Origin: an uncultured Bacteroidota bacterium
GTDB lineage: Bacteria; Bacteroidota; Bacteroidia; Chitinophagales; Saprospiraceae
Direction of reading: 5' to 3'
Assembly (NCBI GenBank): GCA_937861115.1
Contig: CALMBD010000011.1
Location: forward strand, 985-64,984
Length of the DNA stretch: 64,000 nt
Shown here piece by piece: positions 53,486-62,598 of this stretch. The position numbers were made by a program, and so were the translations under genes. The number at the start of each line of letters is the position of its first letter. Positions within the stretch are counted from its first letter, which is position 1. Below the pieces are notes generated by a model that did no database searches, had not been told where the DNA came from, and was given only the letters and a program-made list of their open reading frames with translations.

Positions 53486-53851
53486 ATGATTACAACGGAA
53501 AAAAAATTAAAGAAAAATACTTTTTCGACACTCGAGTGCCCTTTCAGGGCGACGCTCGATTTGCTCGAAGGCAAATGGAAGTTTGCCATTATATACAGTT
53601 TGCTCAAAAAAGGCACCCTCCGGTTCAAGGAACTGGAGCGGGAGGTGGGCGGTATCACCCCGAGGATGCTCATTGCTGCCCTGAAAGACCTGGAGCAAAA
53701 CGGCATCGTCAACCGCAAGGCATACGCAACGGTGCCGCCGACCGTGGAATACAAACTCACCGAGTGCGGGTACACGCTTGAGCCGGTTATTGCGGCCATT
53801 CGGTTGTGGGGCGAACAACATATTGAAAAACAAACCGGAAAAATCCGATAA
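53486..53851 (+). CDS. HxlR-family (MarR-like winged-helix) transcriptional regulator
   Basis: I trimmed the start to MITTEKK. CPFRATLDLLEGKWKFAIIYSLLKKGTLRFKELEREVGGITPRMLIAALKDLEQNGIVNRKAYATVPPTVEYKLTECG is a textbook HxlR pattern. Confidence 0.85.
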   Translation: MITTEKKLKKNTFSTLECPFRATLDLLEGKWKFAIIYSLLKKGTLRFKELEREVGGITPRMLIAALKDLEQNGIVNRKAYATVPPTVEYKLTECGYTLEPVIAAIRLWGEQHIEKQTGKIR

Positions 53852-53856
53852 GCACC

Positions 53857-54102
53857 ATGCGCCTGCTGATCTTCCTGTTCTTTTTATTGCTGTATTCATG
53901 CGGCAGCCCTGAAACACCGCTGGACGCCGATACCCGCAGGGCCATCGATTCCATATCCGTAGCACAGATACGAAAGTCGCGGCTGGAGATCGACTCCCTG
54001 TGCAAACGCGATCGCCAGACCCTGATGCCACGACTTGTCGATTCCATCCGACAGGTCCGTATGCGTGAAATCGAGCAGCAGTTGAAAACGGTGCCCCGTT
54101 AA
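53857..54102 (+). CDS. Small lipoprotein of unknown function
   Basis: 81 aa. The lipobox is MRLLIFLFFLLLYSC. I recognise no family. Confidence 0.45.
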   Translation: MRLLIFLFFLLLYSCGSPETPLDADTRRAIDSISVAQIRKSRLEIDSLCKRDRQTLMPRLVDSIRQVRMREIEQQLKTVPR

Positions 54103-54174
54103 AATGCCGATGCAGGGTGTTTGGTGAAGGTTTTGCTACTTTTGCACAACCCTTTCAGTTAATATTCGATCGAA

Positions 54175-56232
54175 ATGCGACCTTTTTATCGCTTGTACCA
54201 TACCTGCGGCCTGCTATTGGTTGCCGCCCTGCTGTTCTTCCACGCGTGTACGCCCCCGGACCCTGCCGGGACGGCTCCCGAAAACGCGGGGATAAACCTA
54301 GACCTTCAAAATCCGGCCGTACAGAAACTGTACAATTTTCGCGATGCGCGGAACCTGGACAGCCTGCTGTTCTACCTGAACAGCAAAAACCCTACGCTCC
54401 GGTATCTCGCAGCCCTGTCCTTTGCATCCATGCCCGATTCCAGTGCCATCGGCCCGCTGGACTCCCTGCTGCGCGATCCTCTGGAAGATATTCGTATTGC
54501 CGCCGCCTTTTCTCTCGGCCAGATCGGTTTGCCACAGTGCGAAAAACCGCTGATTGCCGCCTTTGCGTCCGACGACCCCATGTCGGAGCACCAGCGCTTC
54601 AACGCGATCGTTCTGGAGGCCATCGGCAAATGCGGCACCCGGCAGAGTCTCAAAAACATCGCCTCGGTCACTACCTATAAACCAACCGACACCCTGTTGC
54701 TCGAAGGGCAGTGCCGGGCAATTTACCGGTTTGGCCTGCGCGACTCTACCCTTCCCGCCGCCACCCAGCTCATGGTATCCTATGTGGCAAACGAGCGCAT
54801 GCCCGAACCTGCCCGGCTGATGGCGGCCCATTACCTGGCACGCACCAAAAGTGTAACGCCCGACAGCCTTCAGGCGCGTGAACTGGCGGCTGCTTTCGTT
54901 CGCTCGGGCAGCAGCCCGGATATCCGGATGGCCCTGGCACAGGCGCTTGGAAAATCGAGCGGCCCCGCAGCATTCGCCATCCTGTCGAAAGTGATACATT
55001 CCGAGCAGGACTGGAGGGTTAAGTGCAACATTATCAATGCCTTGAAAAAATTCGACTATGATACCGTCCGGGCACTGGTCATTCCATTCGTCAGCGACGC
55101 CAACCCTCATGTCAGCCGTACCGCAGCGGAGTTTTTTATTGCCAACGGCCAGCCCAAAGACGGCGATTACTACTGGCGCATTACCCGCGATCAGCCCGAT
55201 TTACCGGCGCTTACGCGTATCGCCCTGTTCCGGGCCTCCAACAAGTTTCTATCCGTAAAAAACGAGCCGGAGTCGAAGTTCTACCTGATCGACCGGCTGA
55301 AAGAAACGTTCCAGCAATCCAAAAATCCTTATGAAAAAGCCGCGTGCCTCGGCGCCCTGAGCGAGTTTGGCTGGAACTACCGCTGGATTCACGATCGCGG
55401 TTTCAGCGATGCGCACCCCGCCGTAAAAACGGCCGCCGCCGAAGCCCTGCTCGCTATCGCGCAACTGCCGAACTTTTACGCTGTTTTCGGCGAAAATGCC
55501 CGGACGGTACGCCGCGATCTTTATTACTACCTGCGGGAAGCCGTGACAAGCGGCGACGTGGGGATGATCGCAACTGCTGCGGAAGGGTTCCGGGTTCCGA
55601 CGTTGAACTATAAAACGTTCCGCGATACTTCCCGCCTGACGGTGATGAAATCCGCTTTGGAAGGCCTGAAACTGCCGCGCGATGTGGAAGCCTACATGGC
55701 GCTGGACAAAACCATTGCCTTTTTTGAGGAGCGCCCGGAACCGGCCAAACCCAAACTAAAAGCAGACCACCCTATCGACTGGGAAAGACTCAAAAAATTT
55801 GCACCCAAATCGGAAGTCATCCTCGAAACCTCCAAAGGAACTGTCGTCCTGGAAATGTACCCGCTGTGGGCCCCCGGCTCTGTGGTCAATTTCCTGCAAC
55901 TGGCGGAATCGGGTTTTTTCAACGGCAAGAGTTTTCACCGGGTGGTTCCGAATTTTGTCATTCAGGGCGGCTGCCCGCGCGGCGATGGCTACGGTGCGCT
56001 CGACTACGCTATCCGGACGGAGATCGGGCTGGTCTGGTACGACAGTGAAGGTTATCTGGGTATGGCTTCTGCCGGACCGGATACCGAGGGCACCCAGTTT
56101 TTTATCACCCATTCCGCTACGCCGCATCTCGGCGGGCGATATACCATATTCGGCAAGGTAAAATCGGGCATGGACGTGGTGAACCGGATACAGCCGGGTG
56201 ATACGATAACCGGGGTGTCGGTCAAGATCTGA
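54175..56232 (+). CDS. HEAT-repeat lipoprotein fused to a C-terminal cyclophilin-type peptidyl-prolyl isomerase
   Basis: The lipobox is LLFFHAC. HEAT-like repeats recur (NPTLRYLAALSFASM, EDIRIAAAFSLGQIG, PDIRMALAQALGK, HPAVKTAAAEALL). The C-terminal cyclophilin domain reads FHRVVPNFVIQGGCPRGDGYG...GYLGMASAGPDTEGTQFFITHSATPHLGGRYTIFGKV. Confidence 0.8.
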   Translation: MRPFYRLYHTCGLLLVAALLFFHACTPPDPAGTAPENAGINLDLQNPAVQKLYNFRDARNLDSLLFYLNSKNPTLRYLAALSFASMPDSSAIGPLDSLLRDPLEDIRIAAAFSLGQIGLPQCEKPLIAAFASDDPMSEHQRFNAIVLEAIGKCGTRQSLKNIASVTTYKPTDTLLLEGQCRAIYRFGLRDSTLPAATQLMVSYVANERMPEPARLMAAHYLARTKSVTPDSLQARELAAAFVRSGSSPDIRMALAQALGKSSGPAAFAILSKVIHSEQDWRVKCNIINALKKFDYDTVRALVIPFVSDANPHVSRTAAEFFIANGQPKDGDYYWRITRDQPDLPALTRIALFRASNKFLSVKNEPESKFYLIDRLKETFQQSKNPYEKAACLGALSEFGWNYRWIHDRGFSDAHPAVKTAAAEALLAIAQLPNFYAVFGENARTVRRDLYYYLREAVTSGDVGMIATAAEGFRVPTLNYKTFRDTSRLTVMKSALEGLKLPRDVEAYMALDKTIAFFEERPEPAKPKLKADHPIDWERLKKFAPKSEVILETSKGTVVLEMYPLWAPGSVVNFLQLAESGFFNGKSFHRVVPNFVIQGGCPRGDGYGALDYAIRTEIGLVWYDSEGYLGMASAGPDTEGTQFFITHSATPHLGGRYTIFGKVKSGMDVVNRIQPGDTITGVSVKI

Positions 56233-56245
56233 CCTGCCCGCCTGT

Positions 56246-57016
56246 TTATTTCAACTGCCAGGTAATGCCGTTACGCCATGCGTAGGTGCCTTCGGGCGCT
56301 CCCTCCGGCAGGTTCTTGTCCAGACTGTACGTGAAGTCGACAGTCAGGGCGATTTTTTTTGTCAACCCGACTTTCAATATCCAGTCGGTGCTCAGCCGGT
56401 AATTCCGGATATAGCCCCAGACCGGTTGCCAGTACGTGGTGCCGATCAGCGATGTCTGCCGGTTGGCGCGCAGTGTTACGGAGATGTAGTTGCTGGAGCG
56501 GTTCCAGTAACTATCCCGGTTCGGCTCGGCAAAATTGTTGTGTTCCCACAGCCACGATGTCCCCGCATACACCCGCTGGCGGCCGTCGGCCGATTTGAAC
56601 AGGCGCAAGCGCGGACCGGTGCCGAACAGCCTGCGTTGCGAAAGCAATTGCAGCGGGCTCGTCTGGATTTGCGCATATGCTTCCCAGGTCAGGATTTTGC
56701 TCAGGTGGTAATTGTAGCGCAGGTGTGCAAAGGCCTGGTTGGAGAAGTCGTTGCCTCCGGCGCGCAGCAGGTTGACGTTGAGCAGGAGTAAAACCAGGTG
56801 GTCGGGCGTTTTGTACTGGACGCGTGCCTCGCCCAGCAGTTGCAGGCTTTGCTTGCTCACCCGCACCAGCGAGGCGCCGCCGCGCAGGTGTCCGTACCAG
56901 CGGGTCGAGTCGTCGGTGCCGGTGATGCGCTGTTCTTCAATATTGACGATTTGAGCGTTCAGTTGGGTGACAACTGACAGCAGGACGCCGATCAGGTATG
57001 GTACAAGTGTTTTCAT
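56246..57016 (-). CDS. Outer-membrane beta-barrel protein (DUF481-like)
   Basis: It has a signal peptide and an alternating-hydrophobic beta-strand pattern. The C-terminal residues are aromatic (...GITWQLK). The family assignment is tentative. Confidence 0.55.
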   Translation of the reverse strand: MKTLVPYLIGVLLSVVTQLNAQIVNIEEQRITGTDDSTRWYGHLRGGASLVRVSKQSLQLLGEARVQYKTPDHLVLLLLNVNLLRAGGNDFSNQAFAHLRYNYHLSKILTWEAYAQIQTSPLQLLSQRRLFGTGPRLRLFKSADGRQRVYAGTSWLWEHNNFAEPNRDSYWNRSSNYISVTLRANRQTSLIGTTYWQPVWGYIRNYRLSTDWILKVGLTKKIALTVDFTYSLDKNLPEGAPEGTYAWRNGITWQLK

Positions 57017-57022
57017 CCAGGA

Positions 57023-59134
57023 TTAGTTGCCGGGCGCCGGCCCGATGGTGTTTTCATCATAACCGATCTTTTTCAAGGCCCGCCCCGTGTTTGCCGGGGT
57101 CTCCAGGTGGTTGAAAAAGAGTTCGTATTTGCCATTGATGGCCATATTGCTGTTGATCAGGTAGTTTTCGGCGACCTTGTTGAGTCGCGGACCGAATTCG
57201 GTGAACCAGTTGTTCAGATCGGGATATTTGTCCAGGTAAACCCGGCCGGTAATGTCCACTTCTTCCAGCAGCCGTTGGCGGATGATCGGTTTTTCAAGAA
57301 AGGCTTTCCACGTGTCATCCGACCAGTAGTTGTTGCCAACCGCCATGGCGCAATCGAGAAAAACGTTGTGGTAAACGGTATTGCCGTGCCCGCCGTGGAT
57401 GAATACGGCGCCAAACAGTTCCTTGTCGCCGGTGCTGCCGCTTCGTTCGAAAAAGTTGCCGCTCACCGTTGTGGCACAGATGCCGTCGTCCAGAAATACG
57501 GCGCCGACCTGCGATTCGCCGTCAACAGGCACAATATCCCTGAAATGATTGGACCGGATGATGTTTCCCCTGGAAGCAGGGTCGCGCCCCATATAGATGG
57601 CGCCCATATCGTCCGCATAAGTACAGATCCGCTCGAACAGGTTGTGCTCGATCACATGGTCATTGCCCCGCAGGCTGATTGCCATGTGCCGAAGGTCGGA
57701 AAAACGGCAGTGGTCCACCTGTATGCCGACGCCGAATAATTTAAGGGCAGCGGCATAACTGTGGTTGCGCCGGTCGACGCCGGAGAACTCGCAATGGCTG
57801 ACCGTGTTCATGGATGGCTCAAGCGACCTGCGGTCGCCGCCGGTAAGAATGATGCCCCCCGTTCCGGTATCGGCAATCCGGCAATTTTGGATTGAAATAT
57901 GGTGGAAGTCGAGCGATGCCCATTCGTCGAGCAGGGGAGATCCGTCGAGGCTAAATCCGTGTTTGTTGTGCTGAAGCCGTTGGCCCGCGCTGATCGCCAC
58001 CGTGCCCAGGTTGGTGAATTCGCAACCACGAATCCCGATATGATGAGCATTTTCGAGATAAATACCCATGCCGCGCGATGTGGAAAAGCAGATGTTTTCA
58101 ATATTGACATGTGCCGTTTCCTTCAATTGCACCAGGGGGTCTTCCAGCATGGATATTTCCACCCTGGCCTGCAAAAAACTGTCGGGCGGGTACAGGTAGA
58201 GTTTGCCCGAGGTTCGGTCGAGGTACCACTCTCCCGGCAGGTCAATCTCTTCCGGTACATTATACACGTAATAGTTGCGCAGCGAAAGTCCGGCCACATC
58301 GCTCCATTTGCTCGTGTCGACGTACATGCTCGATACCACGCCGTACAGGTGCGGTTGCGCCGTACGGATGGTTTTTTTTGTGGTGTCGATATGGTCCACA
58401 CGGAGGTGATCGTCGTTGTAGCCGAATGAAAACCTGCCGTGGAGCCAGATGTCCTTTGCCTGAAGCCAGCGCTGCGGCCGGTCGTATTCGTAACCGAATT
58501 CCGCCCCGCGATCCGAAAAATCGCCCGACCTGGGCACGGAACCGGGGTCGTACACCTTGCCGATTTTCAAGGCCCCTTCGTTCGGGTACCGGGCCAGGGT
58601 TTGCCGCTCGCCGTTGATGAACAATTCGAGGGGAGCGGGTTCCGGTATTTTGCCAAAACCGTGTTGCTGCATGACGCCGAAGTCGGTAATGCCCGCCTTG
58701 AGCAGGTCGATCTGCAGCACCTTGTCCCGTACTTCGGGAAGCAGCCGTTTCAACATGTCGGCATCCTCGACAGGCCTGAAATCTGCGGTTTGAAGGACTG
58801 TTCCGCCGGTAAAAACCACTTTTTCACCATTATACGCCCGATAGGTGACGGGAAACTGCGCTGTTCCGCTGTCGGCCGCGTTCAGTTCGAACGGCGCCGG
58901 CATGACATAGGCGCCTTCGCGAAATACGACGGTATAGCGCTGTTCAGGCGACTTTGTCCGCGCCTTTCGGATGGCATCGCGGGCCTGTTGGGCCGTGGCG
59001 AAAGGCCGCCCGGCGGTACCGGGATTGCGGGCTTTTCCACCGGGGGCGACGTAATACACGACGGCATTGCCCTGTGCCAGGATCTGGAACGGTATCAGCA
59101 GCAGCCAAACGAAAGCCCATTGGATCCTGCTCAT
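57023..59134 (-). CDS. Secreted right-handed parallel beta-helix repeat protein (pectate-lyase fold, candidate glycan-active enzyme)
   Basis: It has a signal peptide. YYVAPGGKARNPGTAGRPFATAQQARDAIR is typical of beta-helix enzymes. Repeated segments follow (NIENICFSTSRGMGIYLENAHHIGIRGCEF, ISIQNCRIADTGTGGIIL). Confidence 0.7.
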   Translation of the reverse strand: MSRIQWAFVWLLLIPFQILAQGNAVVYYVAPGGKARNPGTAGRPFATAQQARDAIRKARTKSPEQRYTVVFREGAYVMPAPFELNAADSGTAQFPVTYRAYNGEKVVFTGGTVLQTADFRPVEDADMLKRLLPEVRDKVLQIDLLKAGITDFGVMQQHGFGKIPEPAPLELFINGERQTLARYPNEGALKIGKVYDPGSVPRSGDFSDRGAEFGYEYDRPQRWLQAKDIWLHGRFSFGYNDDHLRVDHIDTTKKTIRTAQPHLYGVVSSMYVDTSKWSDVAGLSLRNYYVYNVPEEIDLPGEWYLDRTSGKLYLYPPDSFLQARVEISMLEDPLVQLKETAHVNIENICFSTSRGMGIYLENAHHIGIRGCEFTNLGTVAISAGQRLQHNKHGFSLDGSPLLDEWASLDFHHISIQNCRIADTGTGGIILTGGDRRSLEPSMNTVSHCEFSGVDRRNHSYAAALKLFGVGIQVDHCRFSDLRHMAISLRGNDHVIEHNLFERICTYADDMGAIYMGRDPASRGNIIRSNHFRDIVPVDGESQVGAVFLDDGICATTVSGNFFERSGSTGDKELFGAVFIHGGHGNTVYHNVFLDCAMAVGNNYWSDDTWKAFLEKPIIRQRLLEEVDITGRVYLDKYPDLNNWFTEFGPRLNKVAENYLINSNMAINGKYELFFNHLETPANTGRALKKIGYDENTIGPAPGN

Positions 59135-59141
59135 AGGTTGG

Positions 59142-61034
59142 TTATTTTTTTTGTCCGGCCCTGCGCATCAGTTCTTCCCTCGGCAGGGCGATCATTTTAC
59201 CTACCGGCCGGCCATCGCGGTAGGTGACGACCTTGAGTGTCACCGGCCCTTCCGGTATTTCCAGTGGCTGGGTATAACGTGGCGTGTAGGCATCGGGCAG
59301 CGTCTCGTTGAGGGTATAATAGACGTCGAGACCATCGATCTCTGTCGTCACCGTGGCGATAAGTTTGCCCTCTTCCAGCGATGCCGTCACGATGGCGTCG
59401 AAGGCGCTACGGGCATAATTCCGACCCGCAAAATCGGCGCGTTCCATGTGTTTTTCCATGCGGCTGATAAAGGCCGGCCAGTTTTTCGAGTCTTTGGGGC
59501 TCCAGTAAATATCGGCAGTGGCCCAGGCCCTCGGAAAACTCATGTATTCTGCCTGCCGGATGGTCGGCACCTTCTCGGTCCAGAGGTTGGCCTGGCCGCC
59601 GAGGATATACTTTGGGTCGATGCCTTCCGGTACCGGCTCGAAGGAATATGTTTTCTGAAGCCGCACCCGTTTATAGGAGGTTTGATCGGGCTCCACGATC
59701 GGGTCGCCCTGCAGCAGGTCGATGTACACATAATCGTTGGGCGACATCACGACGTTATGGCCAAGTTTGGCCGCTTCGATGCCGCCTTCGAGTCCGCGCC
59801 AGCTCATCACCGATGCCTCCGGGGCCAGCCCGCCTTCCAGGATTTCGTCCCAGCCGATCATTTTTTTGCCGTTGGCTTGCAGTATTTTTTCCACACGTTT
59901 CAGGAAATAGCTCTGGAGTTCGTGGCTGCTTTTCAGCCCTTCTTTCTCCATCAGCGCCTGGCAACCCGCGTCTTTTTCCCAGTAGCCGTGGTAACATTCG
60001 TCGCCGCCCACATGGATGTAGGGGTTGGGAAACAAGGCGGCAATTTCACTAAAAACCTTGCCGAGGAAGGTGTACACCCCTTCGTCGGACGGGTTAAGCG
60101 AATTGTCTACCAGCATTTTGAAGGTGCCGTCGTCGTACCATTCGGCAAACGTGCTGCCGGGGTTGACCCGTATGCTGGTGTCTTTGGTGCAACAAAGTTC
60201 GGGATAGGAGGCGATGGCAGCCATGCTGTGCCCCGGCACATCTACTTCGGGGAGAATGGTCATATAGCGTTCGGCGGCATAGGCCACGATTTCGCGAATA
60301 TCATCCTGGGTGTAGAACCCGCAATCCGTAGCGGGCTCGTTGATGCCAGGCGCCTCAAACTGGCCCCACTTGCCATAGCGTTGCACCCGGCAGGCGCCGG
60401 TCTGGGTCAGTTTGGGCAGCGATTTGATCTCGACGCGCCACCCGTTGTCGTCGGTAAGGTGCCAGTGTAAAACATTGTATTTGTACTGCGCCATTTCGTC
60501 GATGTAGCGCTTTACATCTGCTTTGGAGAAAAAATGCCGGCTCACGTCGAGCATCACCCCGCGCCAGCCAAAACGCGGGTAGTCGGTAATACGGACGGCA
60601 GCGGCGCTCCAGGTATTCTTTTTGACCGGGGTTTTGCTTTCGATGGCTGCAGGGAACAGTTGCAACAGCGACTGCATACCATAGAACAGGCCGGCGGGTT
60701 CGTTGGCGCTGATCTTCACGCCTTGCGGCGTTACGTCGAGGACATAACCTTCCTTGCCAAGCGTGCTGTTCGCCTGTGCATTCAGACTGAGTTGAATCTG
60801 ACCCCGTCGCTGTGTTTTCAGCCGGTAGCCCGTCGCGGTGTTCAGCCTGGCAGCCAGCATATCGGCGACGGGTTTGGCAGCGTCCTGGCTATACCCGACG
60901 GCGGTTTGGCTGCTCAGGGCAAATTTCCCCTTGAGCGGCTGGATGGATACCGGTTGCGGGATGATAGCGACGTTTTGGGCGGTAATAATGGTGTTGGTAA
61001 AAACGAGGATGAAGAGGAGGGCAGAAAGGCGCAT
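59142..61034 (-). CDS. Beta-N-acetylhexosaminidase (glycoside hydrolase family 20)
   Basis: I trimmed the start to MRLSALLFILVFTNTIITAQ. Motifs seen: GWRGVMLDVSRHFF, YKYNVLHWHLTDDNGWR, ILPEVDVPGHS and the HVGGDEC catalytic D-E pair. Confidence 0.9.
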   Translation of the reverse strand: MRLSALLFILVFTNTIITAQNVAIIPQPVSIQPLKGKFALSSQTAVGYSQDAAKPVADMLAARLNTATGYRLKTQRRGQIQLSLNAQANSTLGKEGYVLDVTPQGVKISANEPAGLFYGMQSLLQLFPAAIESKTPVKKNTWSAAAVRITDYPRFGWRGVMLDVSRHFFSKADVKRYIDEMAQYKYNVLHWHLTDDNGWRVEIKSLPKLTQTGACRVQRYGKWGQFEAPGINEPATDCGFYTQDDIREIVAYAAERYMTILPEVDVPGHSMAAIASYPELCCTKDTSIRVNPGSTFAEWYDDGTFKMLVDNSLNPSDEGVYTFLGKVFSEIAALFPNPYIHVGGDECYHGYWEKDAGCQALMEKEGLKSSHELQSYFLKRVEKILQANGKKMIGWDEILEGGLAPEASVMSWRGLEGGIEAAKLGHNVVMSPNDYVYIDLLQGDPIVEPDQTSYKRVRLQKTYSFEPVPEGIDPKYILGGQANLWTEKVPTIRQAEYMSFPRAWATADIYWSPKDSKNWPAFISRMEKHMERADFAGRNYARSAFDAIVTASLEEGKLIATVTTEIDGLDVYYTLNETLPDAYTPRYTQPLEIPEGPVTLKVVTYRDGRPVGKMIALPREELMRRAGQKK

Positions 61035-61123
61035 ATGAGTCTTTTTGATCGAAAAACAGGGTGGCCAAGATCGGGAAAAATTGTGTTTGTGGCGTGTTTT
61101 CCGAAAAAATGCACCGATTTCGT

Positions 61124-61822
61124 TCACCACTGGTAGGCTATGCCGGCTGTGAGGAGCAAGGACACTTCACGACCGCTGTAAAAGGCACCCGAAGCGGCGC
61201 CGAGCAAACACCAGTGCTGCCAGAACGGGAGTTCCGCCTGAAGCAACAGCGGTATGCCGGCCGAGTTTTCGTCATCATAAATATATTGCACAGAACTAAA
61301 GTTCGGCTGGTTTTGAAAGCCGTAGTCTACCTTCAAAAAGGTGCGGTAATCATGTTCCCGGAACATCAACGACAGTCCCGTGCCTGCCCAAAGTGACACT
61401 TTTCGGTTGGGGAGCAGATCATACCAGACGGTAAAATCGAAGCGCGTAGCACTCAACAAGTGTTCGCTGGACAGGTCGACCTGTATTTCACTGTCCGGGA
61501 TACCGGGACTTTGCAGGTATTCCCCTTCGTTGATGATATCTTTTGCACCCAAATGATAAATACCTGCTCCCAGCCGGATTCGCGGAGCGCAGGTATAGCG
61601 ATAGGTCAACCCGAGGGCGCCGACATTTGAAAAGCCCGGCACCCTGCTCTCGCCGTGACTGAAAATGCTGCCGTTCTGCGACACATCCAGTCTGGTTGTG
61701 GCGCCGTGAATTGCATAAAGGCCGGCGCCCGCCTCGAGAGATATTTGGTGTTGGGCCAATGCGATTGAGGCGTTGGCAGAAGTCAGGAAAAGGGCAAGTA
61801 ATGTGTACAGGTGTGGCCGCAT
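61124..61822 (-). CDS. Outer-membrane beta-barrel protein of unknown function
   Basis: The signal peptide is MRPHLYTLLALFLTSANASIALAQ. It has an amphipathic beta-strand pattern and the terminal sequence ...TAGIAYQW. Confidence 0.55.
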   Translation of the reverse strand: MRPHLYTLLALFLTSANASIALAQHQISLEAGAGLYAIHGATTRLDVSQNGSIFSHGESRVPGFSNVGALGLTYRYTCAPRIRLGAGIYHLGAKDIINEGEYLQSPGIPDSEIQVDLSSEHLLSATRFDFTVWYDLLPNRKVSLWAGTGLSLMFREHDYRTFLKVDYGFQNQPNFSSVQYIYDDENSAGIPLLLQAELPFWQHWCLLGAASGAFYSGREVSLLLTAGIAYQW

Positions 61823-62061
61823 AGGTACATTTTTGACTCAAAAAAAGCGAACAAAACGCTTGCATCAAAACGGGATCATGCGATTTATGACAACATTAAT
61901 CGGGATGTTAAGGAGGGGTGAAGGCAAGCGGCGGTACAGCCCGGTTATCCAGACTTCGGTTGGTGTTTTTTTCTGAAAAGCAAGAGCAGATCGAGGCAGA
62001 CAACCCATCGTCATTTGTTTCGGTTGCCAAAATTTTCAACCTTTGTCCAAAATTATTCTTC

Positions 62062-62496
62062 ATGTCCGTATCAGACAAACTCAAAGCCATGCGCGAAACA
62101 AAAGCCGCCGAAAACCTGGCCGCCGGCCAGGCCTTTTTAACCGAAAACGCCAAACGCTCCGGCGTCGTCAGCCTTGAAAGCGGGCTGCAATACGAGATCA
62201 TCACCGAAGGCAGCGGCGCCAAGCCCGGCCCGACCAGCAATGTCACCTGCCACTACCACGGCACCCTGATCGACGGGCGTGTGTTCGACAGTTCCGTACA
62301 ACGCGGCCGCCCGGCCACCTTTCCGCTCAACCGCGTCATCAGCGGCTGGACGGAAGCGCTGCAACTCATGGCCACGGGCAGCAAGTGGCGGCTGTACCTG
62401 CCCCCGCACCTGGCCTACGGCGATCAGCATGTAAGCGCCGAGATCGGTCCGAACAGTACCCTGATTTTTGAAGTGGAGTTGTTGGGGGTGGGGTGA
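62062..62496 (+). CDS. FKBP-type peptidyl-prolyl cis-trans isomerase
   Basis: I trimmed the start to MSVSDKLKAM. SGLQYEIITEGSGAKPGPTSNVTCHYHGTLIDGRVFDSS..RG.PATFPLNRVISGWTEALQLM..GSKWRLYLPPHLAYG......IGPNSTLIFEVELL. Confidence 0.85.
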   Translation: MSVSDKLKAMRETKAAENLAAGQAFLTENAKRSGVVSLESGLQYEIITEGSGAKPGPTSNVTCHYHGTLIDGRVFDSSVQRGRPATFPLNRVISGWTEALQLMATGSKWRLYLPPHLAYGDQHVSAEIGPNSTLIFEVELLGVG

Positions 62497-62598
62497 GTAT
62501 GGAGTTTTAAGGTTTTGTTAAGATTGCTTCCAGCAAGGTTACTTTCTCCAGGTGCCTGCACAAATGAGGAAAACTATCTTCATCAAAATTCTTATTCC

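Noticed and set aside
59067-61136. Plus-strand ORFs 59067-60470 (467 aa) and 60534-61136 (200 aa)
   Set aside because: They are antisense to the GH20 hexosaminidase gene, which has the GGDE catalytic pair and the HWHLTDD motif. They are shadow ORFs.
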